Below are positions 10,097-19,792 of a stretch of DNA of 64,000 nt, piece after piece. The notes below the pieces were generated by a model, which was not told the DNA's origin, did no database searches, and saw only the letters and a program-made list of their open reading frames with translations. The stretch's first letter is position 1, and every line of letters begins with the position of its first letter. Source of the DNA: Christensenella sp. (lineage in GTDB: Bacteria > Bacillota > Clostridia > Christensenellales > CAG-138); contig JAYFQU010000017.1 of the NCBI GenBank assembly GCA_034926785.1, positions 50,794-114,793 of the forward strand. Direction: 5' to 3'. The translations under genes were made by a program, and so were the position numbers.

Positions 10097-11263
10097 ATGC
10101 TTCTACTCAAAAACGGCTTGATCCATACCATGACCAAGGATGCTTTTACGGGCGATATTTTAGTTGACAACGGCAAAATTATCGCCGTCGGCCCTTTGCT
10201 TTCCGCTGAAAACGCTGAGGTCATTGACCTTGACGGGCGGTTTGTGCTCCCCGGACTCATCGACGCGCATTGCCACATCGGCATGTGGGAAGACGGCATG
10301 GGCGAGGAAGGTTCGGACGGAAACGAGATGACAGACCCCATCACGCCGGAACTCCGCGCGGTGGACGGTCTGAACCCCTTTGACCCTTGCTTTCGCGAGG
10401 CGCGGGAAGGCGGCGTCACCACCGTCGTCACCGGTCCGGGCAGCGCAAATGTCATCGGCGGGCAGTTCGCCGCGCTAAAGACCTATGGCCGCAGTATTGA
10501 GGAGATGACACTGCGCGATCCCATCGCGATGAAGGCCGCAACGGGCGAGAATCCGAAGGCGGTCTATTCGGAAAAGAAGGTGGCGCCAACCACGCGCATG
10601 GCGATTGCCTCCCTGTTTCGCTCTACCATGACCGATGCGATTGAGTATCAAAAAGGTATGGCGAAGGAAGACGACAAGCCGGATAAGGATATCGCGATGG
10701 AAGCGCTGCTCCCGGTCGTCAACCGTGAGCTTACGCTGAAAATCCACGCCCATCGCGCGGATGATATCTTAACCGGTCTGCGCCTCGCCAAGGAATTTAA
10801 CCTCAGGGTGACCATCGACCATTGCACCGAAGGATATCTGATTACGGACGTGCTCAAAGATCGTCTCGCCGAACAGGGCGCGGGCATCATCATTGGCCCC
10901 CTGCTCTCGGAGCGCAGCAAAATCGAATTAAAGAATCTCAGCTTTGCCGCGCCGCGTATTCTGGAAGAAGCGGGCATCCCGTTTGCCATGATGACCGATC
11001 ACCCCGTCATTCCAATTCAGTTTCTACCCATACAGGCGGGGCTCGCCGTGCGCGAGGGGCTCAGTGAAGAAACCGCTCTTCGCTCCATCACGCGGTATGC
11101 TGCCGAAATTGTCGGCATCGCCGACCGCGTCGGTACGCTGGAGGCTGGAAAAGACGCGGATATCGCGGTCTTTGACGGGCATCCGTTCGGCTATCAAACC
11201 CACTGCGTGCTCACGCTCATCAACGGCAAAGTTGTGCACGATTCTCGCAAACGGGAGGCGTAA
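10097..11263 (+). CDS. Metal-dependent amidohydrolase-family protein
   Basis: 388 aa. N-terminal LPGLIDAHCHIG (HxH) and a C-terminal GKDADI motif typical of the amidohydrolase superfamily. Substrate unknown. Confidence 0.8.
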   Translation: MLLLKNGLIHTMTKDAFTGDILVDNGKIIAVGPLLSAENAEVIDLDGRFVLPGLIDAHCHIGMWEDGMGEEGSDGNEMTDPITPELRAVDGLNPFDPCFREAREGGVTTVVTGPGSANVIGGQFAALKTYGRSIEEMTLRDPIAMKAATGENPKAVYSEKKVAPTTRMAIASLFRSTMTDAIEYQKGMAKEDDKPDKDIAMEALLPVVNRELTLKIHAHRADDILTGLRLAKEFNLRVTIDHCTEGYLITDVLKDRLAEQGAGIIIGPLLSERSKIELKNLSFAAPRILEEAGIPFAMMTDHPVIPIQFLPIQAGLAVREGLSEETALRSITRYAAEIVGIADRVGTLEAGKDADIAVFDGHPFGYQTHCVLTLINGKVVHDSRKREA

Positions 11264-11268
11264 TCCAT

Positions 11269-12384
11269 ATGCGTTCGACCTATGCTTCGATTTCTCTCGC
11301 CAGCATCCGGCACAATATCGAGCTGATCCGCTCGCGCCTCAAACCGGAGACGAAATATCTCGCCGTGGTCAAGGCCAACGCCTATGGTCACGGAATGGAG
11401 GCGGTTGCCAACTGCGCGCTGGAGAGCGGCGCGGCTTACCTCGGCGTCGCATTTGCGGAGGAGGGCGTCCGCCTTCGTCTCGCGGGCATCACCGCACCAA
11501 TTCTTCTGCTCGGCGCGACGGAAGAAGACCATATGGACGACGTCATCCGCCACGATCTGATGCCGACGGTATTCACCGTTGAGGCGCTGCAGTTGCTGCA
11601 GACGCACGCGGCAAAGCTCGCCATGACCTGCCGCATACACATCAAGGCCGACACCGGCATGAACCGCATCGGCTTCACGAGCGAGGCGGCCTTTACCGAA
11701 GCAATCCTGCTGCTCAAACGCAGCCCGAACCTGATGCTCGACGGCTTGTTTACGCATTTTGCCGTATCCGAATTGGAGGACACATCGTTCACGCTTCAGC
11801 AGGCGGAGCATTTCCGCCGTTATGTTGAGATTGCGCGGCAGAACGGGCTGCATCCCCTCCTTCACGCGAGCAACAGCGCGGCAGCGCTGCATATCCCCGA
11901 AGCGCAGTTCGACATGGTGCGCGGCGGCATCGCGATGTATGGCTGCCATCCGGCCGGGCATGCTGTCGCGGGCATCGACCTGCACCCCGTGCTGAGCTGG
12001 CACACCTATCTTACGCATATCAAAACCATCCCGGCTGGCGAGGGCGTCAGTTACGGTCTGAAATTTATCACCCCTTGCGATATGCTGGTCGGCACCGTCG
12101 CAGTCGGCTATGGAGATGGCTACAAGCGCTGTCTCTCCGGCAGGGCGGCTGTGCTTGTGCGCGGTCATCGCGCCCATCAGATCGGCACGATCTGCATGGA
12201 TCAGATGATGGTAGATTTGACCAATATTCCCGACGCAGCGGTCGGGGATGATGTGGTTCTGCTTGGTTCGCAGGGCAAAGAATCGATCACGGCGGACGAG
12301 CTGGCGGAGAAAGCCGACACCATCAGCTACGAAATCCTGCTGAGCATCTCGGAGCGCGTCCCGCGCGTATACACAAAGGATTAA
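11269..12384 (+). CDS. alr: Alanine racemase
   Basis: 371 aa. VVKANAYGHG carries the PLP lysine. Colinear with Alr. Confidence 0.93.
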   Translation: MRSTYASISLASIRHNIELIRSRLKPETKYLAVVKANAYGHGMEAVANCALESGAAYLGVAFAEEGVRLRLAGITAPILLLGATEEDHMDDVIRHDLMPTVFTVEALQLLQTHAAKLAMTCRIHIKADTGMNRIGFTSEAAFTEAILLLKRSPNLMLDGLFTHFAVSELEDTSFTLQQAEHFRRYVEIARQNGLHPLLHASNSAAALHIPEAQFDMVRGGIAMYGCHPAGHAVAGIDLHPVLSWHTYLTHIKTIPAGEGVSYGLKFITPCDMLVGTVAVGYGDGYKRCLSGRAAVLVRGHRAHQIGTICMDQMMVDLTNIPDAAVGDDVVLLGSQGKESITADELAEKADTISYEILLSISERVPRVYTKD

Positions 12385-12407
12385 GCGCCAGGCCATACTT
12401 GAAACGT

Positions 12408-12442
12408 AAAACAGCACCTGCAAAACGCAAGTGCTGTTTTTT
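12408..12442 (+). terminator. Rho-independent terminator of alr
   Basis: ACAGCAC...GTGCTGT stem followed by TTTTTT. Confidence 0.75.
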
Positions 12443-12456
12443 AACGCGAAAGCGCG

Positions 12457-13947
12457 TTACCATTCTGCAATTGTTTGCTCCACTGCCGTGATGACATCCC
12501 GTGCAAGCAGCATGCGCTCGCGAAGCAGTTCCAGCGCCATATCGGCCGAGACGCCGAGCAGAAATGCGCCGCAAGAGGCTGCGTCAAATGCGGAGAGCCC
12601 CTGCGCAAGCAGTCCCGTGATCAGCCCTGCCAGCACATCCCCGCTCCCTCCCTTGGCAAGCCCTGCATTTCCGCTGGTGTTCAGCCGGACGACATCCCCA
12701 CTCGCGATGCAGGTCGTCGCGCCCTTGAGCAGCACCACGCAGTTCCATCGCCTCGCATAACTCCCTGCTATCCCGATCGGATCCCGTAGAATGGTTTCTA
12801 TCGTTTCGCCGCAAATCCGAGCCATCTCGGCCGGGTGCGGCGTGAGAATCGCGTTCGGGTGCAGCAGGCGTAGCATCTCCGGCGCTTTGGCGATCTGGTT
12901 CAGCGCGTCCGCATCCAGCACAATCGAACATCCGCTCTGCAGCGCCGCTGTGATCAGCGGAAGGATGTTCCCCGCCCCCGCACCGCAGCCAACGCAGAGC
13001 GCGTTCTTATTCTCCATCTGCGCAATTGCGCGCTCGCAGCCTTCGCTGTCCCAGTCCGCGCCGTCGTTGACAGGCAGGCACATCGCCTCCGGCAGGTTGG
13101 CAAACGCGTTCTTCACCCGTCCGGGCACCGCGGCTGTGGTCAATCCCGCTCCTACGCGGAGCGCCGCGCCGACTGAGAGCAGCGCAGCTCCCGCATATGA
13201 CTCGCTTCCTACGCAGAGCAGCGCGCGCCCATTTCTCCCCTTGTGGGAATCCGGCGGGCGCCTTGGCAAGAGCCGCGCCGCATCCTCCCGCTCGAAGAGG
13301 GCAACAGCGCACTTCCCGTTTTGTTTTTCGTCCGAGAGTGGGTGCAGGATCACCTCACCGCAAAGTTCGCGCCCGGGAAAGAGTAACTGCCCGCGCTTAT
13401 AAAACTCGAATGTAACCGTCTCGCGCGCCTGGACGGCGCAGCCAAGCACCTCGCCGGTTGTCGCGTCCACGCCGGAGGGAAGATCAATTGCAACGATGGG
13501 TTTCCCGCTTGCGTTCATATCCGATACTGCGCCGGCATATATGCCCGTGAGCGGGCGCGAAAGGCCCGTGCCAAACAGCGCGTCCACCAGCACATCATAC
13601 GTTTGCACGAGCGCATCGCTCAGCGTGTCATAAACCACCAGGCCGCACCCGACTGCGCTAAGATAGTTCGTCCTCGCGTCGCCGGAAAGCTTCCCACTCC
13701 CCCCAAGCAAAACGCCCGCACAGGGAATCCCGCGCTGTGTCAATAGCCGGAGCAACGCGAACCCATCCCCGCCGTTATTGCCCGTGCCGCAGACGCAGAG
13801 AACGCTCTTATCCGGATAGCGCCCCATGAGCAGGGCATCCACACCTTCCGCCGCGCGTTCCATCCAATGCAGGCTGTTTGCCTGCCCGTTCGCAAACCGC
13901 GACCGCTCATACGCCCGCATCTCCTCCGCCGACACAACGCGCTTCAT
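12457..13947 (-). CDS. nnr: Bifunctional NAD(P)H-hydrate repair enzyme (epimerase/dehydratase)
   Basis: 496 aa. N-terminal YjeF_N domain (GTGNNGGDG) plus a C-terminal carbohydrate-kinase-like domain (KGGSGDVLAG). Confidence 0.92.
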   Translation of the reverse strand: MKRVVSAEEMRAYERSRFANGQANSLHWMERAAEGVDALLMGRYPDKSVLCVCGTGNNGGDGFALLRLLTQRGIPCAGVLLGGSGKLSGDARTNYLSAVGCGLVVYDTLSDALVQTYDVLVDALFGTGLSRPLTGIYAGAVSDMNASGKPIVAIDLPSGVDATTGEVLGCAVQARETVTFEFYKRGQLLFPGRELCGEVILHPLSDEKQNGKCAVALFEREDAARLLPRRPPDSHKGRNGRALLCVGSESYAGAALLSVGAALRVGAGLTTAAVPGRVKNAFANLPEAMCLPVNDGADWDSEGCERAIAQMENKNALCVGCGAGAGNILPLITAALQSGCSIVLDADALNQIAKAPEMLRLLHPNAILTPHPAEMARICGETIETILRDPIGIAGSYARRWNCVVLLKGATTCIASGDVVRLNTSGNAGLAKGGSGDVLAGLITGLLAQGLSAFDAASCGAFLLGVSADMALELLRERMLLARDVITAVEQTIAEW

Positions 13948-14453
13948 ATGTCCCTCTCCTCCGTCACGCCGGCAAATGCCGCCCGCGCGTCGTCATAGCT
14001 ATACCCGCGAGAAATCAGGCGGCGCATCACCATCTCGCGCCTCTCATCCTCCGGCAGGCGAGCATATTGCCGGGCGTATTTCTCCGCAATCTGTACGGCG
14101 TTGTTTGCCTCCGCGTCGCCCTCCAGAGACGAAAGCGCCTGCTCAATCGCTTCCGCATCGGTTTCGTGGGCAAGCATCTGCTGCCTTAAATGCGCGCGGC
14201 TGACCGGTTTGGTCGCGAGCCGGGTTCGAACAAATTCCTCGGCAAACGCCACGTCGTTGAGTAGCCCCAGTTCCTTGAGCCGCTCCACGGTTTCGTAGAC
14301 CTCGACCTCGCCGTATTCACCGGCGTCCAGATGCCGTTCCACCTCGCGTACCGTGCGTGCTCGCGAGCCGAGATAGCGCAGCGCGGCGTCCATCGGCGTT
14401 CTGCCGGTTTCGGCGCTCTTTTTCGGTTTTGACATACTCTTTTTCATGCGCAT
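13944..14453 (-). CDS. recX: Recombination regulator RecX
   Basis: 169 aa of helical repeats resembling the RecX family. Overlaps nnr by 4 nt. Confidence 0.75.
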   Translation of the reverse strand: MRMKKSMSKPKKSAETGRTPMDAALRYLGSRARTVREVERHLDAGEYGEVEVYETVERLKELGLLNDVAFAEEFVRTRLATKPVSRAHLRQQMLAHETDAEAIEQALSSLEGDAEANNAVQIAEKYARQYARLPEDERREMVMRRLISRGYSYDDARAAFAGVTEERDI

Positions 14454-14762
14454 ATTTTAACACAGATTCCGTCGATTCAACAGCCGCGTGTATTAAAGGG
14501 CGTGGCTCAACCATACTTTAGGGTCCATACGAAATGAGAAAAACAAGCGCAATCGCACGGTTGCGAAAATAAAGAAGCATTCATGCAACTTTCTCATGAA
14601 CATTCTGTAACAATTCCTTTTGTCCCGGATTCCGGCGGTGCAAAAAACAGGAGAATCCGCTACAATAGGAACTAACGCAATAAAAACGCAGTGCAAAATT
14701 CCGCGGGGGCATAGTGTCGCTTACTGCCGCGTGAATACATCGCATTCCAGGAGGATTGTTCA

Positions 14763-16526
14763 ATGGAGCAAAACTGGCAGCAACCGAGCCAGCAGCCGCA
14801 GGGCGATATGGAGTATCCGGAGACGATTCTGGAGCCAATTCAGGATCTCGGATTGCCAAACAAACCCAGAAAAAAGAATTCGTTATCAAAAAAGCGTAAA
14901 AAGCGCAGGCAGCAACAGCGTGTTATTGTTGTGCTTGGCGCTGTTTTCGTCGTGCTGCTTACCGTGTTTATCGTTATGTTTGTCAACAATCAGCGGCAAG
15001 CCGCGGCGGAAGCCGCCGCGCAGATCGCAGCGGAGGAGGCAGCCCGCGCGCAGCAAGAGAAGGAACGGCAAGAGTTTGAAGCGATGGCAAACTCCACAAC
15101 TTTTCTCGAAGGCATAACCATCAACGCGGTTTCTATCGGCGGTATGACGATGGACGAGGCGAAGGCGGCGCTCGCCGCCGCAAACACCAACCTCACCGCA
15201 CAGCGCGAACTTCAGCTTGTTTATGATAACAAGCTGCACCCCCTCGATCTGACAAACATTCCCTTTACCACCAATCTCGACAGCGTTCTAAACGAGGCAT
15301 ATCGCCTCGGCAAGACGGGAGATTATGCCGCGATGAAGGCGGAGACCGAGGACGTAAAGACGAACGGCCGCACATTTTCCCTTACGCTCAGCTACGATCA
15401 AAACGCGCTGGCGGCGGGCGTTGCGCAGATTGCCGCGCAGATTGACGTCCCCGCAAAGGATGCGACGGTCACTGGAATTGACGAAACGACCCACGCGTTG
15501 ATCATAGAGAGCGAAGTCGTTGGTCAGGCCGTCGATCAGGCCGCGCTGATCCAGTCGATTACATCCTCCATTCTCAACGGCGCAAAAACGCCGATCAACA
15601 TTCCGGTCGTTGCAACCCAGCCGACGCTGACCAAAGCGACCCTTCAGGGAAAATATGTCATGCGCGCAAGTGCGACAACCGATTTCTCCACCAGCACAAG
15701 CGAGAGAAAATACAACGTGCGCAAGGGAGCAAAGCTCATCAACGGGACGGTACTCAAACCCGGTGAGACCTTCTCCACAAACGATACGCTTGGCGTGCGC
15801 AGCAAGGGTAACGGCTGGAAGGAAGCCAACGCTTATGAGAGCGGCGCGGTCGTTCCGCAATATGGCGGCGGGGTCTGCCAGCTCTCCACCACGCTCTACA
15901 ACGCAATTGTCAAGGCGGATCTGGAGGTTGTGTTCCGCCGCAATCATTCTATGCCGGTTGCGTACATCAAAGAAGGTCTGGATGCGACGATTAACTCTGT
16001 CGGCAACATCATTGACTTCAAGTTTGCGAACAATACCTCCAGCGATATCGTCGTGATCGGCTATACCACGAGCGCAAACAAGCTGACCTTCGAGATCTGG
16101 GGTGTGCCATTTGAGACCACCGAGTATGACGAGATTAAGCTCACGAGCGAGCTGGTGTCCACAACCAATCCCAGCGGCGACCCCGTCGTGATCGAAGTCC
16201 CCGTAGGAACCGAAAAAGCGAATGGCAAGCTCATGGAAGCAGGCGAAACCTATATCGCCGTCACCCCGCGCAAGGGCTATGTTTACCAGAGTTACAAAAA
16301 ATATTACAAAGCAGGAACCCTGGTCAAAACAGAAAAACTCGCGGTTTCAACCTATAAGGCATATCAGGGCGAAACCTGGACCTGTCTTGTGGACGCAACG
16401 CCCACGTCCGGCGTTACCGACGCCCCATCCTCCGCAACCAATACGCCGGTGCCGGCGCCGACGGCAACCCCTGTGCCTACAGCCGTGCCGGATACCCCTG
16501 TTCCAGAGATAGCGCCCGCGCCTTAA
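14763..16526 (+). CDS. VanW-family cell-wall protein
   Basis: 587 aa. Basic N-terminus plus TM helix, YoaR-like peptidoglycan-binding region, VanW core (YGGGVCQLSTTLYNA) and a Pro/Thr-rich tail. Confidence 0.88.
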   Translation: MEQNWQQPSQQPQGDMEYPETILEPIQDLGLPNKPRKKNSLSKKRKKRRQQQRVIVVLGAVFVVLLTVFIVMFVNNQRQAAAEAAAQIAAEEAARAQQEKERQEFEAMANSTTFLEGITINAVSIGGMTMDEAKAALAAANTNLTAQRELQLVYDNKLHPLDLTNIPFTTNLDSVLNEAYRLGKTGDYAAMKAETEDVKTNGRTFSLTLSYDQNALAAGVAQIAAQIDVPAKDATVTGIDETTHALIIESEVVGQAVDQAALIQSITSSILNGAKTPINIPVVATQPTLTKATLQGKYVMRASATTDFSTSTSERKYNVRKGAKLINGTVLKPGETFSTNDTLGVRSKGNGWKEANAYESGAVVPQYGGGVCQLSTTLYNAIVKADLEVVFRRNHSMPVAYIKEGLDATINSVGNIIDFKFANNTSSDIVVIGYTTSANKLTFEIWGVPFETTEYDEIKLTSELVSTTNPSGDPVVIEVPVGTEKANGKLMEAGETYIAVTPRKGYVYQSYKKYYKAGTLVKTEKLAVSTYKAYQGETWTCLVDATPTSGVTDAPSSATNTPVPAPTATPVPTAVPDTPVPEIAPAP

Positions 16527-16593
16527 CGGTAATCTATGTAAAATAAAAGAGAAGGTGTTGAGCCTTCTCTCAGAGTATCAACAAACCCAGCAG

Positions 16594-16660
16594 GGGGGTT
16601 TGGGGGATTTCGAAAATCCCCCATGTTCCTTCAAATTTGGCGATTCATTCGCCGAATTTG
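16594..16660 (+). repeat. Two-hairpin intergenic element, copy A
   Basis: GGGGGATTT-CGA-AAATCCCCC, then 16 nt, then GGCGA-TTCAT-TCGCC. Same architecture and spacing as 56400..56466. Confidence 0.7.
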
Positions 16661-16797
16661 TGAAAAAATGGCGCGATTCGCGTCATTTTAACCCAAAGTA
16701 AAACCCATCGGCAGAGTCCGCAGGACTTTGTCGATGGGTTGAGGACGGGAAAACCCGTCCTGTCGCATGTTCCGCCGGAGTCTGTTTAGGCGGAATA

Positions 16798-17742
16798 TTA
16801 TTGGATATTGCTCTCTTTTTGAATATAGATCGGCCTCTGCTTCACCTGCATATACGTGCGTGCGACATATTCGCCGATAATGCCGAGCGCGAGCAGAATA
16901 AACCCGCCAAGCGTGAGCATGATCGCCAGCAGCGAAGGATATCCCGCGACCGGGTTACCCCAGATCATTGCGATGACCACGCGAACCAGCATGTAGATCA
17001 ACGCCAGCGCGGAGATGATGCTGCCCACGGCGGTTGCGATTTGCAGCGGCGCGGTGGAGAAGGAGACAATCCCCTCAACCGCATAGCGCATCAGCTTCCA
17101 AAACGACCACTTGGTTTCGCCGGCCGCGCGCTCGATATTTTCATATTCGAGCCATACGGTGTCGAACCCGACCCACATGAAGATGCCCTTGGAGAAGCGA
17201 TGATATTCCCCAAGCTCCAGCACCGCATCCGTCACGCAGCGGCGCATCATACGAAAATCCCGCGCGCCGTCTACAAATTCGGTGTCCGAAATGCGGTTGA
17301 TGATGCGATAAAACGCGCGCGCAAACGCGCTGCGAATCCTCGGCTCTCCCTTTCGCGTGACGCGGCGGGTTGCGACGCAGTCGCAATCCTCCTCGCTGAG
17401 ACGCCGGAGCATCTGCCCAATCATCTCCGGCGGATCCTGCAAATCACAGTCCATCACGCAGACAAAATCGCCTTTGGCATTCCTGAGCCCCGCATACATC
17501 GCGGCTTCTTTGCCAAAGTTACGTGAAAAGGAGAGATACTTCACCCGTTCATCCCTGGTTGCCAGCTCCCGCAGGATGGAAAGGGTTTTGTCCTTTGAAC
17601 CATCGTTGATTAAAATCAACTCCATGTCATAGTCCGTCAACTGCGAAAATACGACCCGCTGCATCGTTTCGTAATACAGCGGCAGCATGGCTTCTTCGTT
17701 ATAGCACGGGCAAATGATGGATACCAGCGGTTTGTTTTGCAT
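16798..17742 (-). CDS. GT2 polyprenyl-phosphate glycosyltransferase (GtrB/CsbB type)
   Basis: 314 aa. Contains VSIICPCYNEE, DGSKD and DCDLQDPPE GT-A motifs plus two C-terminal TM helices. Confidence 0.88.
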   Translation of the reverse strand: MQNKPLVSIICPCYNEEAMLPLYYETMQRVVFSQLTDYDMELILINDGSKDKTLSILRELATRDERVKYLSFSRNFGKEAAMYAGLRNAKGDFVCVMDCDLQDPPEMIGQMLRRLSEEDCDCVATRRVTRKGEPRIRSAFARAFYRIINRISDTEFVDGARDFRMMRRCVTDAVLELGEYHRFSKGIFMWVGFDTVWLEYENIERAAGETKWSFWKLMRYAVEGIVSFSTAPLQIATAVGSIISALALIYMLVRVVIAMIWGNPVAGYPSLLAIMLTLGGFILLALGIIGEYVARTYMQVKQRPIYIQKESNIQ

Positions 17743-17817
17743 GGGCGCTCCTTTGTTGCGATCTTGCGTGATCCGTCGGCGGCTGCGCGCGGCGAACCAG
17801 CTGTTCCCGTCCTACGA

Positions 17818-18222
17818 TCAGGAGGGGGTTGCCAGAATTGGCGTGCCGCTGAGCAGCATGATGAGCGCGTATGCAACGAGCCACACGCCAAGTGAAATCA
17901 TCAGCATAAACCTGCCCTTTTGTACGGTGCGCTTGACGCGTTTTTCAATGAAATTCGGGCCAAAGAGAGCGATGATCACCGCGCCGATGGTGCCAAACAT
18001 CCCCGTTGACTCGAATGAACCGAAATACGTGAGCAAAAATCCGCAAAGCAGGCCAAGTACGGTTCCGCCGATCCGCTGATAAAGCGCCCATTGCTTGTCC
18101 GGAAAAGCGCGCACCTTCTTTTGCAGGTCATCCAGCTCTTCGGGCGGTTGCTGGGTTTGCGGATGATCCTGCGCGAGAGTCGTTAGTTCCTCTTCCGTTT
18201 TTGTTGGTCTGTTCTTTTCCAA
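17818..18222 (-). CDS. Hypothetical small membrane protein
   Basis: TTG start 9 nt after GGAGG, directly after the mscL stop. About 134 aa with an acidic N-terminus and predicted TM helices. The longer 243-aa ORF in the track overlaps mscL. Confidence 0.5.
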   Translation of the reverse strand: MEKNRPTKTEEELTTLAQDHPQTQQPPEELDDLQKKVRAFPDKQWALYQRIGGTVLGLLCGFLLTYFGSFESTGMFGTIGAVIIALFGPNFIEKRVKRTVQKGRFMLMISLGVWLVAYALIMLLSGTPILATPS

Positions 18223-18223
18223 T

Positions 18224-18646
18224 TTATTGAACCTCCGATGTGCAGTGCGGGCAGCGGGTCGCATCGATGGCGATGGCCATCTTGCAATAGGGACAGGTTT
18301 TCTCGGTCGGCGCCGCGGGGACTTCCGCTTCGCCGCGCTTAAATTTTCCACCGAGGGACCGCGTCGCGCTGATGGCCTTGATGATGAGGAACAGCACCAC
18401 GGCCATGAGCAGGAAGTTGATGATTGCGGTAAGAAAGGCTCCATATTGGATGGACACGCCGCCAATCTGCCAGACAAGATCTGTGAAGTTGGTGTCCGCC
18501 ACCAGGCCAATAATCGGCGAGATGATATCTCCGACCAGCGAGTCCACAATTGCCTTAAACGCCGCGCCGATCATAACGCCGACAGCAAGATCGAGCACGC
18601 TGCCTTTGGCGATGAACGCCTTGAATTCTGCAAACAGCTTTTTCAT
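18224..18646 (-). CDS. mscL: Large-conductance mechanosensitive channel MscL with C-terminal zinc-ribbon tail
   Basis: Start at MKKLFAEF (ATG 18646, RBS AAGGAG). Contains LDLAVGVMIGAAF. The tail reads CPYC-x10-CPHC. Confidence 0.92.
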   Translation of the reverse strand: MKKLFAEFKAFIAKGSVLDLAVGVMIGAAFKAIVDSLVGDIISPIIGLVADTNFTDLVWQIGGVSIQYGAFLTAIINFLLMAVVLFLIIKAISATRSLGGKFKRGEAEVPAAPTEKTCPYCKMAIAIDATRCPHCTSEVQ

Positions 18647-18822
18647 GCGAAAGCTCCTTATATGATGTTGGAATGATGTTCCGGAGGGGTTATGCGCTTG
18701 AATTCGTGTAGAGTATATCATTTCCACGGGGCAGATTCAATTGCCGCTTCCAGGGAAAAACGCATTCGCCGCGCGGAGGAAATCCCGAATCGATAGATCC
18801 GTAAAAATCAATGCGCCCCCGC

Positions 18823-18851
18823 TTGCAATGGCGTATTGCGTATGCTAAAAT
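18823..18851 (+). promoter_or_regulatory. Sigma-A-type promoter of tRNA-Leu
   Basis: TTGCAA, then a 17-nt spacer, then TAAAAT. It ends 10 nt before the tRNA 5' end. Confidence 0.6.
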
Positions 18852-18861
18852 ATCTTTCTGA

Positions 18862-18948
18862 GCCGGTGTGATGGAATTGGCAGACGTGACGGACTCAAAA
18901 TCCGTTGGTAGCGATACCGTGTCGGTTCGAGTCCGACCACCGGCACCA
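18862..18948 (+). tRNA. tRNA-Leu (anticodon CAA)
   Basis: Acceptor stem GCCGGTG/CACCGGC. Anticodon stem ACGGA/TCCGT with loop CTCAAAA. Long variable arm, GGTTCGAGTCC T-arm, and an encoded CCA. Confidence 0.95.
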
Positions 18949-18989
18949 AAAGGGTGGGTACCATATGGTACCCACCCTTTTGGTTTTTT
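18949..18989. terminator. Bidirectional rho-independent terminator
   Basis: Perfect palindrome AAAGGGTGGGTACC-ATAT-GGTACCCACCCTTT flanked by A-runs and T-runs. It serves the tRNA (+) and the convergent gene ending at 19032 (-). Confidence 0.85.
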
Positions 18990-19031
18990 ATAAATGGAAT
19001 GCCGGCCAGCAGCGATTTGCGGATTTGTCCG

Positions 19032-19541
19032 CTATACGCTCTCTTTGACCAACCGCTCCCAGAGCCCGACCGCCGCTTCGCAGACGCGACGCTCCTCCGG
19101 CCTAAGCTGCCAATGCGGAATCGAACGCGGCTTCCGCTTTCCATATAAAAAGCGGTCGTCCTTAGCAAGCAGGTCCGCAAACGACGTGATATAGGGCAGC
19201 AGCTTTGCCTCCGCCATCTCCGCGCCTCCGTCCAGGAGCCGCAGTATCCATCCGCTCGACCCCTTTTCGCCGAAGCCGAACACGCCGCCAAATCCCTCCG
19301 CTTTTTGTTCAAACGGTTCCAGCACCAACGCCGGGCGATTCAGCCGCGCCGTTGTGTAGGAAGCCCCGTTCCATTGAGTCATCACAACGCCGCCCCGCTC
19401 CGGCAGGAGGCCGATGGCAAGCGTTCCGCCGTCATCGCGGCGGATATAGAGCGCGCGAACGGGCAATTGTTTTTCCTGTTTGAGCTCGTTCAGGAGCCTG
19501 TCCCTCGCGTCCCATGCGGCTGCATGTTCTTCCGGCTGCAT
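19032..19541 (-). CDS. Hypothetical protein
   Basis: 169-aa ORF with RBS AAGGAGAGG before the ATG. No family recognised. Confidence 0.6.
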   Translation of the reverse strand: MQPEEHAAAWDARDRLLNELKQEKQLPVRALYIRRDDGGTLAIGLLPERGGVVMTQWNGASYTTARLNRPALVLEPFEQKAEGFGGVFGFGEKGSSGWILRLLDGGAEMAEAKLLPYITSFADLLAKDDRFLYGKRKPRSIPHWQLRPEERRVCEAAVGLWERLVKESV

Positions 19542-19792
19542 AGCAATCCTCTCCTTCGGTTCGTTCTCCTGAAAGTATACACGATTTCATTTGGGAATCA
19601 AAGACGGATTCAGGCAATCAAGGTTACAAAAACGAATCCGTTTCGGAGTATTCTGTATTTTCCCCGCATAACATGCTATCATGATCTTGAACCGCAGCGA
19701 TCTCCCAAAAGGATCCAATCGGGTGTTACGCCAGTCGCAGTTACCTGAACGAGAGCGCCGTTCACCGGAAGTGAAATTGGAGGTCTCTTCTT

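Noticed and set aside
11194-12423. 409-aa ORF antisense to alr
   Set aside because: It is a shadow frame of the alanine racemase gene.
16527-16797. Hairpin array considered as a CRISPR array
   Set aside because: The palindromes all differ in sequence and are not separated by regular spacers. No cas genes are present.
18223-18549. Upstream part of the 243-aa ORF 17818..18549
   Set aside because: It overlaps mscL in another frame. A GGAGG-TTG start right after the mscL stop explains the conserved-looking membrane part.
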